The notes under the pieces were generated by a model that was not told the DNA's origin, made no database searches, and was given only the letters and a program-made list of their open reading frames with translations. A program made the position numbers and the translations under genes. Source: Lachnospiraceae bacterium (GTDB taxonomy: Bacteria; Bacillota; Clostridia; Lachnospirales; Lachnospiraceae). Taken from it: a DNA stretch of 64,000 nucleotides. Numbering within the stretch: the first letter of the stretch is position 1; each line of letters starts with the position of its first letter. The stretch covers positions 8,334 to 72,333 of the forward strand of contig VSNY01000002.1 in NCBI GenBank assembly GCA_009774535.1. Reading direction: 5' to 3'. Shown here piece after piece: positions 10,390-19,353 of the stretch.

Positions 10390-11460
10390 ATGAAGAAAAG
10401 AAAGATAAAAAGAACGGTTAAGTTCCGAACCGATTGGATCAAATGGCTGTGCTTCGCCATATGTTGTGTCTGCCTGCTGCAGACAGGCGTAATTTTGGCC
10501 AAAGCCGATTCAGCGCCATATAATCTGGAGGAGATCCGGGAAGAATTTGCAACGGCGATTCAAAACGGACAGATGGAGATTACCTTTACGGCTTCCGAAC
10601 ATTATACCCTGGAGCAGATCCAGCAGCAGCTGTCCCAGGCAGCGCTGGAGCAAAAGCGTCTGTATACCGGAAAGAGCCGGTACCGCAGGCAAACTATCGG
10701 CGAAATGGCCGCATATACGTTCTGGATTACGGAAGATTCTCTCTTGGAAGTAGAGCCGGTTAAAGATACCAAAGAGGCTTACCGCAAAGCGCTTACCGCG
10801 CTGCGGGATTGCGATTACACGACACGCTTTTACAGCGATCCGTCCTGTTATGCGATATTTTACCTGATGCTGCAGCAGCATCCGGAGTATAATTATAATA
10901 CAGTCGTCTGGAAAAATAAAAACGGCACTTATGGCTACCGCAGAAGCAGGGAACTGACCAAAGCGGAGCAGGATGCCAAAATGCGTGCGGCAGACCGCAA
11001 AGCTGAGGAATTTGTTAAAAACGAACTGACAAAAGGAATGTCAACAACGCAGAAGCTGCAGGCAATTCACGATTATCTGATCAGGCAGTGCAGCTATGAC
11101 CAGAGATTAAAAGACGGGAATGGGTATGAAGATTCCTATACGGCTTATGGGGCGCTGGTGAAGAAAAAGGCCGTCTGCCAGGGCTATACGGGAGCCTTTA
11201 ACCTGATTGCACATAAGGCAGGCATCGCGTCAATTGCCGTATGCGGAACGGCAGGCGGGGAGGATCATTCCTGGAACTTTGTAAAATTGGGACGTAACGG
11301 GACTTATATTGACTGCACCTGGGATGATACGCTGCAGACAGGCGGCGGGATCTGTTATGATTATTTTAATGTCTCAAAGTCTGTGATTGCCAGAAATCAT
11401 ACGTGGGAGCAGAAGAAGTATACGCAAAAGCACCTGGATTACTGCAAGTATCTGATGTGA
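10390..11460 (+). CDS. Secreted/membrane-anchored transglutaminase-like domain protein
   Basis: N-terminal basic plus hydrophobic segment; AIHDYL, AVCQGY, HSWN and YIDCTWDD (Cys-His-Asp triad). Confidence 0.85.
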   Translation: MKKRKIKRTVKFRTDWIKWLCFAICCVCLLQTGVILAKADSAPYNLEEIREEFATAIQNGQMEITFTASEHYTLEQIQQQLSQAALEQKRLYTGKSRYRRQTIGEMAAYTFWITEDSLLEVEPVKDTKEAYRKALTALRDCDYTTRFYSDPSCYAIFYLMLQQHPEYNYNTVVWKNKNGTYGYRRSRELTKAEQDAKMRAADRKAEEFVKNELTKGMSTTQKLQAIHDYLIRQCSYDQRLKDGNGYEDSYTAYGALVKKKAVCQGYTGAFNLIAHKAGIASIAVCGTAGGEDHSWNFVKLGRNGTYIDCTWDDTLQTGGGICYDYFNVSKSVIARNHTWEQKKYTQKHLDYCKYLM

Positions 11461-11463
11461 GCC

Positions 11464-11625
11464 AGAGCGTGTCTTAAAAATCACTTCCGCCGTCTGCATT
11501 TTCTGCGTTGCGTGATATTTGCGCCAAATTCAGATTTCATCGCCCGCTATGCGTTCTTTATTTGGAGCAAATTTCCCACGAATTGTGAAATACATCTGAC
11601 AGAAAGCATTTATAAGACACGCTTT
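11464..11625. mobile_element. MITE-like palindromic element (~160 bp)
   Basis: Terminal inverted repeats AGAGCGTGTCTTAAAAAT / ATTTATAAGACACGCTTT, inner inverted repeat ATTTGCGCCAAAT/ATTTGGAGCAAAT, no ORF. Confidence 0.6.
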
Positions 11626-11720
11626 AAGACAGGAGCTTAATGAACAAAAACCGCAACAGTTCCATAGGTGATCTGAACTGTTGTCAAAAATCAGAATTGC
11701 AGAAAAAGGAGTGGGGGATC

Positions 11721-12440
11721 ATGACAAAGAAACAGCCGGATCATGGCAGACGGATCTTGTATGAAGATCAGGATCTGCTCGTCTGCGTTAAGCCAGCAGG
11801 GATCGCGGCGCAGACGAAAAAGAGCGGACAGCAGGATATGGTAAGTCTGCTTCGCAATTACCGTCATGCAAACGGAGAAGAACCTTATATCGGTCTGGTG
11901 CATCGGCTGGACCAGCCAGTGGAAGGAATTCTCGTATTTGGAAAACATGCAGGGAGTACCGCTGCACTAAGCAGACAGCTGACACAGGGGAACTTTGCCA
12001 AAGGATACCTGGCAGTAGCGCAGGGCACGATGCCAGCCAGGGAAGGGAAGCTGGTAGACTTTTTGAAAAAAGACGGACGCGCAAACTGTTCCTATGTCGT
12101 GGGAGAGAAAGAACCAGGTGCAAAAAGAGCAGAGCTGCTGTACCAGGTACTGGAAACAGATGCCAGTTTACATCCCGCGCGGAATCTGGTGAAAATCCAA
12201 TTGCTGACCGGAAGGCATCATCAGATCCGGGCGCAGATGGCGCATGTGGGGACACCGCTGGCCGGAGACTGTAAATATGGAATACAGAGCGAAGCGGCGG
12301 GCTGCTGCCAGGAAGGTCTTGGACTTTGCGCTTTTGAACTGGTGTTTGTACATCCGGTTTTAAAGAAAAAAATGAAATTTGAAATAACGCCGTCGCAGCC
12401 TGTGTTTCAGAAATTTGCAGCAGTTCAAATAAGTCATTGA
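11721..12440 (+). CDS. RluA family pseudouridine synthase
   Basis: KPAG, HRLDQPVEG (catalytic Asp), TGRHHQIR, GDCKY. Confidence 0.92.
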   Translation: MTKKQPDHGRRILYEDQDLLVCVKPAGIAAQTKKSGQQDMVSLLRNYRHANGEEPYIGLVHRLDQPVEGILVFGKHAGSTAALSRQLTQGNFAKGYLAVAQGTMPAREGKLVDFLKKDGRANCSYVVGEKEPGAKRAELLYQVLETDASLHPARNLVKIQLLTGRHHQIRAQMAHVGTPLAGDCKYGIQSEAAGCCQEGLGLCAFELVFVHPVLKKKMKFEITPSQPVFQKFAAVQISH

Positions 12441-12448
12441 ACGGCTGC

Positions 12449-12489
12449 GTATCCAGCCATTCGGAATTATTTCGCGATGGGCTGGATAC
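12449..12489. terminator. Hairpin between the convergent rluA-like gene and glgB
   Basis: GTATCCAGCC...GGCTGGATAC. Confidence 0.55.
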
Positions 12490-12573
12490 CTGTTTGCGCA
12501 AGATATTGTTTTTAAATATTTCATTTAAGATCTGTCATTTAAGAATCACTACACAGTAATTGTATACAGCCAT

Positions 12574-14391
12574 TTATTTTTTAGCTGCTGTTTTATTTAC
12601 ATTCTGATCTGTCACAAGATAGTACACAGCTGAAAACGGCGCCAGGCTGATACAGAATCCGTTTTCTGTTCGTGCGGCTTCTATTGCTGCATCTGCATTT
12701 CCGCCATAGCGCACATCATTGCTTGACAACAGCAGTTCCAGCGTTTTTGCGCCAGGCACTTTGATCTGATAGGCATCCTGCGCCTGGTCAGAGAAATTAA
12801 ATATGGCGACGATCCGTTCTTCTTTTCCGGCCCGTTCAAATGCATAGATACAAGCTTCTTCCTGATGACAATCCAGCCACTGGAAGCCTTCCGTTTCGTA
12901 ATCTTTTTCGTAGAGAGCCGGATGCTCTGTGTACAGGCAGCTTAAATCCATCATAAACCGATGAAAGTCCTGATGCGCCGGATAATCCAGCAGATTCCAG
13001 TCCTGCTCGCGTTTTTCGTCCCATTCCCTAAAATGTCCGATCTCATTGCCCATAAAATTCAGCTTTTTACCTGGATGCGCATACATATACATATAAAAGG
13101 CCCTGGCCTGCGGGAATTTGCCGTCGTAGCCGCCGAACATTTTTTGCAGGATCGTCGCCTTCCCATGTACGACCTCGTCATGTGACAGAGGCAACAGGAA
13201 CTGATCTGAATAATAATACATCATGGAAAAAGTCAGCTTGTGATAGTCGCGGCTGCGGTAAACCGGGTCTGTACGGAAATAATCCAGCGTATCATTCATC
13301 CATCCCATATCCCATTTGTAATCAAAGCCAAGTCCGCCGTCAGAGACGTTTTTCGTAACGCCTGGAAAAGCAGTGGAATCCTCGGCAGCAAGGATCGCTG
13401 TTGGATGGAGTTTTTTTAAGCCCTGGTTCATATATTTTAAAAACTCTACGGCATTCATATTGACGCCCCTGCCAGGATCACCCTGCCAATAAATCGCGCG
13501 GCTGATCGCATCCATACGCAGACCGTCAAAATGGAATTCTGTCAGCCAGTAATTTGCCGCCGACTGCAGGAAGCTGCGAACTTCCCCGCGGGAATGCATA
13601 AAATTACAGCTGCCCCATTCACTGACGCCGACCGCATTATGCGGATATTCGTATAATGCAGTTCCGTCGTAATGCGACAGCGCATAAGCGTCCAGCGCAA
13701 AATGTACCGGAACAAAATCCATCAGCACTCCGATCCCGTTTTGGTGGCAGCAGTCAATGAACTCTTTCAGCTGATCCGCCGTGCCGTATCTGGAAGTAGG
13801 GCTGTAAAAGCCAGTAGACTGATAGCCCCAGGATTCGTCTGACGGATATTCATTTAACGGCATTACTTCCAGATAGTTATAACCGTGTTCTTTCAGATAA
13901 GGGATCAGAAGATCGGCCATTTCGTCATAGCGGTACCAGTCGTCCGGCTGGTCCGACGGCTTGCGGAACGATCCCATATGGATCTCATAAATATTCAGCG
14001 GCTGATCCTTGCAGTCGCTGCGTGTCTGCATCCATGTCTGGTCTTCAAACTGGTAAGCGTTCATATCACGGATGAGCGATGCTGCGTTCGGACGCAGCTC
14101 CATCCCGCATCCATACGGGTCACAGTGATCCATACAGTGTCCGTCTTTGCTGTAGATCCGGTATTTGTACATCATTCCGGCTGCGGCATCCGCTGCTTCG
14201 CATTCCCAGAAATGTCCGTCATGTACCTGATGCATGGGTGTTTCCTGCCAGTCGTTAAATTCCCCGATCAGAGCGATCCTTGCCGCGCCGGGCGCAAATG
14301 TACGGAACACAGTTCCATGCGTAGTCAGATGCGCGCCCAGATACTGATACGCATCAAATATTTTTCCTGTATAAAATCCATAAAAGTCCAT
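12574..14391 (-). CDS. glgB: 1,4-alpha-glucan branching enzyme (GH13)
   Basis: IYEIHMGS, SWGYQ, FDGLRMDA, AEDST, LSHDEVVHGK; start MDFYGF after GAGG. Confidence 0.93.
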   Translation of the reverse strand: MDFYGFYTGKIFDAYQYLGAHLTTHGTVFRTFAPGAARIALIGEFNDWQETPMHQVHDGHFWECEAADAAAGMMYKYRIYSKDGHCMDHCDPYGCGMELRPNAASLIRDMNAYQFEDQTWMQTRSDCKDQPLNIYEIHMGSFRKPSDQPDDWYRYDEMADLLIPYLKEHGYNYLEVMPLNEYPSDESWGYQSTGFYSPTSRYGTADQLKEFIDCCHQNGIGVLMDFVPVHFALDAYALSHYDGTALYEYPHNAVGVSEWGSCNFMHSRGEVRSFLQSAANYWLTEFHFDGLRMDAISRAIYWQGDPGRGVNMNAVEFLKYMNQGLKKLHPTAILAAEDSTAFPGVTKNVSDGGLGFDYKWDMGWMNDTLDYFRTDPVYRSRDYHKLTFSMMYYYSDQFLLPLSHDEVVHGKATILQKMFGGYDGKFPQARAFYMYMYAHPGKKLNFMGNEIGHFREWDEKREQDWNLLDYPAHQDFHRFMMDLSCLYTEHPALYEKDYETEGFQWLDCHQEEACIYAFERAGKEERIVAIFNFSDQAQDAYQIKVPGAKTLELLLSSNDVRYGGNADAAIEAARTENGFCISLAPFSAVYYLVTDQNVNKTAAKK

Positions 14392-14547
14392 AAAAACCTC
14401 CTTGTAACGAATAGACAATCGTTGTTGCGTCTGCTACTATAAGAATACAGAAGATCACCAGATCCTTCCACCACCAAATTTGTCTGAAGGATGGATAAGC
14501 AACCAATTTGAAAAATTGTCGTTTTTTGAATGGAGAAATAAATTACA

Positions 14548-15084
14548 ATGGATATCAGAATGGAAAAAACAGAAAAAGCGATCAAAAATGCTTTTATGGA
14601 GCTGCGGTCTAAAAAACCGCTGGAAAAGATTACCGTCAAAGAGTTGTGCAGTCTCGCTTGTATTAATAAATCTACGTTTTACGCACATTACGAGGACCTG
14701 TATGCCTTGTCCGATACTTTAGAGACAGAGACAGTGGCTTCCGTGATCAGAAGCATTCCGCATGCGCAGGAATACTCTTTTGACAATCTGGATGTAGTTA
14801 CCAGAGAAGTCTGCCTGGCCTTTCTATCCCATCTTTCGCTGATCAATGTGTTATTTTCCGGCAAAGGGCAGAACTATCTGGCAAATAAGCTGGAAGCGGA
14901 AGTCAAAAGATCGATGTTTGAAAAATATCCGCAGTATAAGGAGGACGCACAAAAGAATATCCTGCTGTCCTATTGCGTCCATGGGGCATATTATGCATAT
15001 GTAAATAATCAGAATGTAGATATGGAAACGCTGCTGGAAATCATCGAAAAAATCGTTAAAACGCTGCAGGGGATGCAGGACTGA
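14548..15084 (+). CDS. TetR/AcrR family transcriptional regulator
   Basis: N-terminal HTH ITVKELC..A.INKSTFYAHY. Confidence 0.9.
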   Translation: MDIRMEKTEKAIKNAFMELRSKKPLEKITVKELCSLACINKSTFYAHYEDLYALSDTLETETVASVIRSIPHAQEYSFDNLDVVTREVCLAFLSHLSLINVLFSGKGQNYLANKLEAEVKRSMFEKYPQYKEDAQKNILLSYCVHGAYYAYVNNQNVDMETLLEIIEKIVKTLQGMQD

Positions 15085-15290
15085 CAGGAGTTCCTAACAC
15101 AATAGGCAGCAACAGTTCAATGGGGCTTCTAACTATTATAACAGCTAATTTTCTTTACAAGAACATATTTGCCCCATAGACACAGCTCCAATTTCATGTT
15201 ATACTACTATTCGATTGTGTCCTTTCTCAATGTACCACACGAAAGCGTCGCAAGAAAAAACGCCGCGCTGCGGCAGATTGGAGTTTTTTT

Positions 15291-16814
15291 ATGAACCTAT
15301 CATCTATTTTGATTATGGCTGCTATGATTTGTTATCTTGGCCTAATGATCGTCATCGGTTTTCATTTTTCCAAAACAAATACGTCTACGGATGACTTTTA
15401 TCTTGGCGGCCGCAAGCTGGGGCCGTTTGTAACAGCTATGAGCGCGGAGGCAAGCGATATGTCCAGCTGGCTGCTGATGGGCCTGCCGGGAGTCGCGTAT
15501 CTGTCCGGCATTTGCGATGCTTCCTGGACAGCAATTGGACTGGTGTTCGGCACCTGGCTGAACTGGTTTTTTGTATCAAAAAAAATCCGCCGTTACAGCC
15601 AGCAGATTGGCGCGATTACAATTCCGGACTTCTTTTCAAAACGGTATCATGACAAAAATATGCTGAACTGCATAGCCGCAATCGTGATCGTGGTCTTTTT
15701 TATTCCGTATACGGCAAGCGGTTTTGCAGCATGCGGAAAATTGTTTTCGACTCTGTTTGGAATGGATTATATGACGGCCATGATCATGTGTGCCGTTATT
15801 ATCGTTGCTTATACGACGCTGGGAGGATTTCTCGCTGCTTCTACCACGGACCTGATCCAGAGTATTGTTATGACGATTGCACTGATTACCGTAGTGTTTT
15901 ACAGCGGACATATGGCAGGGGGATTTTCCGCTGTCATGGAAAACGCAAAAGCCCTTCCAGGCTATTTATCCTTTACGAATACATATGATGTGACGGCCGG
16001 TACTGCAAAGACGTATGGGCTGATCAACATTTTCTCCATGCTGGCCTGGGGACTTGGCTATTTTGGGATGCCGCATGTACTGCTCCGCTTTATGGCGATC
16101 GAAGAGGAAGAGAAGTTAACAACTTCCCGCCGGATTGCTACGGTATGGGTGGTTATTTCTATGGCAGTTGCTATTTTTATCGGCGTCTGCGGACTGGGAG
16201 TTACCAAAGCCGGATGGATCGACACGCTTTCAGGAAGCGATTCTGAGACGATTATTGTAAAGATTGCGGATCTTTTAAGTTCACAGGGTGCCGGCGCTGC
16301 GGTTCTGGCCGGAATTATCCTCGCCGGTATTCTGGCCGCGACTATGTCCACGGCCGACAGCCAGCTGCTGGCAGCTTCTTCCAGTGTATCCCAGAACCTG
16401 CTGCGCGATACGTTTGGCATTAACCTCAGCGAAAAAGCTTCTCTGCTGGCAGCAAGGATTACCGTGCTGCTAATCAGTATTATCGCGGTCTTTTTAGCCA
16501 GAGATCCGTTCAGCAGCGTGTTCGGCATTGTCAGTTTTGCATGGGCAGGCTTTGGAGCCGCTTTCGGGCCGGTTATGCTTTGTGCGCTTTTTTGGAAACG
16601 CAGCAATAAATACGGCGCTTTTGCCAGTATGTTAAGCGGCGGTGTTATGATCTTTGTGTGGAAATATCTGGTGCGTCCGATGGGCGGGGCATGGGATATT
16701 TACGAACTGCTTCCGGCATTTCTGGCTGCGCTGGCTGTTAATATTGTGGTTTCGCTGCTGACGGAAAGGCCGGATGCGGTTATGGTGGCGGAATTTGAGA
16801 AAGCGGCATCATAG
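15291..16814 (+). CDS. putP: Sodium/proline symporter (SSS family)
   Basis: DFYLGGR, SAEASDMSSWLLMGLPG, GLGYFGMPH, AATMSTADSQLL. Confidence 0.9.
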   Translation: MNLSSILIMAAMICYLGLMIVIGFHFSKTNTSTDDFYLGGRKLGPFVTAMSAEASDMSSWLLMGLPGVAYLSGICDASWTAIGLVFGTWLNWFFVSKKIRRYSQQIGAITIPDFFSKRYHDKNMLNCIAAIVIVVFFIPYTASGFAACGKLFSTLFGMDYMTAMIMCAVIIVAYTTLGGFLAASTTDLIQSIVMTIALITVVFYSGHMAGGFSAVMENAKALPGYLSFTNTYDVTAGTAKTYGLINIFSMLAWGLGYFGMPHVLLRFMAIEEEEKLTTSRRIATVWVVISMAVAIFIGVCGLGVTKAGWIDTLSGSDSETIIVKIADLLSSQGAGAAVLAGIILAGILAATMSTADSQLLAASSSVSQNLLRDTFGINLSEKASLLAARITVLLISIIAVFLARDPFSSVFGIVSFAWAGFGAAFGPVMLCALFWKRSNKYGAFASMLSGGVMIFVWKYLVRPMGGAWDIYELLPAFLAALAVNIVVSLLTERPDAVMVAEFEKAAS

Positions 16815-16871
16815 ACGGAACTGGCTGCTTTGAGAGCAGGGGATAGGCTAAGGAGATACGGTTTTGGCAAA

Positions 16872-17013
16872 GCGGACGACGCTGCGGGCGGAGGGGGGAC
16901 TGGGCTGGGAGATACACCCTGGGCGGACTGGACTGCCATCCCGTTCCGCTGACACGGACACGTCCGGGAAGCCATCCCGTTCCGCTGACACAGACACGTC
17001 CGGGAAGCCATCC
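16872..17013. repeat. GC-rich intergenic repeat family, copy B, including a 36-bp tandem repeat (2.2 copies)
   Basis: GCCATCCCGTTCCGCTGACACRGACACGTCCGGGAA at 16935 and 16971; the upstream part matches copy A inverted. Confidence 0.8.
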
Positions 17014-17074
17014 TCCGCCCTTCAACCAACATCCGCATCCCCACAAAATCCCACACAAATATTAAAACTCACAC

Positions 17075-19330
17075 CTAAATCTTGATCTTAGCAAAAGCAC
17101 TCGCAAAAGCATTATTCAATGGCTCCTTCGCCTCCTGCTTCATTTTATTCATATACTTGGAAACATCCTTTTTGGAAACGCCTCCCCCGCTTTCCTTTTT
17201 GCGCTTTTCAAACGCAGACAATTTTTCCCGGTAACCGCACACACAGATAAATTTCTGATTCTCTCCGTCTCCAACCAGCTCCATTTTCTTATGGCATTGC
17301 GGACAGCGGGCGTTTGTGTTTTTGGATAGTGTTTTCCGGTAACCGCATTCCCTGTCCTGACATACCAGCATTCGTCCGTTTTTGTGGCTGACCTCCAACA
17401 GCAGCTTGCCGCATTCCGGGCATTTTTTTCCGGTCAGGTTATCGTGGCGGTAAGTTTTGGAAGAGGCCGCGATATCCTTGACAAGATCTACGGTATAGGC
17501 CCGGATTTCTGCTTCAAAATCTTTTTTTTCGGATGTCCCTTTTGCAATATCCGCTAACTGCTGTTCCCATCTGGCTGTCAGTTCCGGAGAAGTCAGTCCC
17601 TGCGGGGCCAGTTCGAGTACCTGTCTGCCTTTGGAAGTCAGATGAATATATTTGTCTTTCTTTTCGATCATAAAGCTGCTGAACAGTTTCTCGATAATAT
17701 CCGCGCGGGTCGCGACGGTTCCTAAGCCTCCGGTCTCGCCCAGCGTTTTTTTCAGCGACTGGTCGCTGCTTTCCATGTATTTTATGGGATTTTCCATAGC
17801 CGCAAGCAGGGTGGCTTCGGTAAATGGCAGCGGAGGCTTGGTTTTTCCTTCTGTAATCTTCGTTTCTGTAAAAAGGAGCTTCTGGCCTTTCGTAAAGTCT
17901 GGCAGACTGCCTTGGATCTCGTTTTCACGGGTTTTGCCTTGCGCGAGTCCGGCTTCGTCTGCATAGCTGCTGTCGCTGTCCGGGTCTTCTTCAGGCAGAA
18001 TGCCGGCTTCTTTTTGGATCTTTTGGATTTCCTGCCATCCGGCTTTGCGGATGATCTTTCCTTTTATCGTAAATCGTTCGCCTTCGCAGACAGCGGTTAC
18101 TTCTGTCTGCTCATACTCGCAGGGCGGCATGAAAACGGCAAGGAAACGGGAAACGACCAGTTCGTAGATTTTGCGTTCTCCGTATTCCAGATCCCGCGGG
18201 CTGACGCCCTGTTCGGTCGGGATAATGGCATGGTGGTCGGAGACTTTTTTGTCGTTGACAAAGGAGGCGTTTCCTTTGACCGGGGCTTTGAGCAGCTGGC
18301 CGCAGATGGAACTGTAGCTGCCAAAACGGCAGGCGCGGATGCGTTCCGGCAGTGTGGCTACAAGGTCTTTCGTCAGATATCTGGAATCGGTTCTTGGATA
18401 AGTGACTACTTTGTAGTGTTCATACAGATGCTGCATATAGTCCAGCGTCTGCTTGGCGGAAAATCCGAACATGCGGTTGGCGTCCTGCTGCAGAGAAGTC
18501 AGGTCGTACAGCTGGGGCGCATAGGATTTTTGCTGTTTCTTCTTGATTTCTTCTATGGTTGCCGTGCTGTTGGTGATCTTTGCCTGTATGCCGCGGATGG
18601 TTTGTAATGCTGCGGATGAAAAGACAAAATCGCTGTTGTCTTTGTTTTTCCATGTAAAGGTCGCGCCGCTGCCAATTGCTTTCAGACCATAGTAGGATTT
18701 TGGCTGAAATGATTTGATCTGTGTCTCGCGCTTGGCGATCATAGCCAGGGTGGGAGTCTGCACTCTGCCGCAGGACAGCTGGGCGTTGTGCCGTACGGTC
18801 AGGGCGCGGGTGGCGTTCAGACCGACGAGCCAGTCTGCTTCGGCTCTTGCTACGGCTGCTTCATAAAGCTTTTGATATTCTTTTGCGTCTTTTAAGTGTG
18901 CGAAGCCCTGGCGGATGGCCTGGTCTGTGACCGAAGAAATCCACAGCCGTTTCATAGGCTTGTGTACGCCTGCTTTTTTGATAATCCAGCGGGCCACCAG
19001 TTCTCCTTCCCGGCCTGCGTCGGTGGCGATAATAATTGTACCGATATCTTTGCGGTACATTTGTGTCTTTACGGTCTGGTATTGTTTGCCGGTTTTTGGG
19101 ATTACCTGGATTTCCAGCTTTTCCGGCAGCATGGGAAGCGTTTCCATCTTCCAGGTTTTCCACTGGTCTGTGTAGCTTTCCGGGTCGGCCAGTTCCACCA
19201 GATGTCCGAGCGCCCAAGTGACGACATAATCACGGCCTTCTAAAAATCCATTTCCGCCTTTGCTGCATCCAAGCACTCTGGCGATATCTCTGCCCACGCT
19301 GGGCTTTTCTGCGATTACTAATGATTTCAT
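17075..19330 (-). CDS. topB: DNA topoisomerase III
   Basis: IAEKPS, ATDAGREGE, GRVQTPTL, TYPRTDS, DHHAIIPT and C-terminal Zn ribbons. Confidence 0.93.
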   Translation of the reverse strand: MKSLVIAEKPSVGRDIARVLGCSKGGNGFLEGRDYVVTWALGHLVELADPESYTDQWKTWKMETLPMLPEKLEIQVIPKTGKQYQTVKTQMYRKDIGTIIIATDAGREGELVARWIIKKAGVHKPMKRLWISSVTDQAIRQGFAHLKDAKEYQKLYEAAVARAEADWLVGLNATRALTVRHNAQLSCGRVQTPTLAMIAKRETQIKSFQPKSYYGLKAIGSGATFTWKNKDNSDFVFSSAALQTIRGIQAKITNSTATIEEIKKKQQKSYAPQLYDLTSLQQDANRMFGFSAKQTLDYMQHLYEHYKVVTYPRTDSRYLTKDLVATLPERIRACRFGSYSSICGQLLKAPVKGNASFVNDKKVSDHHAIIPTEQGVSPRDLEYGERKIYELVVSRFLAVFMPPCEYEQTEVTAVCEGERFTIKGKIIRKAGWQEIQKIQKEAGILPEEDPDSDSSYADEAGLAQGKTRENEIQGSLPDFTKGQKLLFTETKITEGKTKPPLPFTEATLLAAMENPIKYMESSDQSLKKTLGETGGLGTVATRADIIEKLFSSFMIEKKDKYIHLTSKGRQVLELAPQGLTSPELTARWEQQLADIAKGTSEKKDFEAEIRAYTVDLVKDIAASSKTYRHDNLTGKKCPECGKLLLEVSHKNGRMLVCQDRECGYRKTLSKNTNARCPQCHKKMELVGDGENQKFICVCGYREKLSAFEKRKKESGGGVSKKDVSKYMNKMKQEAKEPLNNAFASAFAKIKI

Positions 19331-19353
19331 AATGATTTCCACTCTTTCTTAAA

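Noticed and set aside
16935..17013. 36-bp repeats as a mini-CRISPR
   Set aside because: The units are directly adjacent with no spacers; they belong to the intergenic repeat family.
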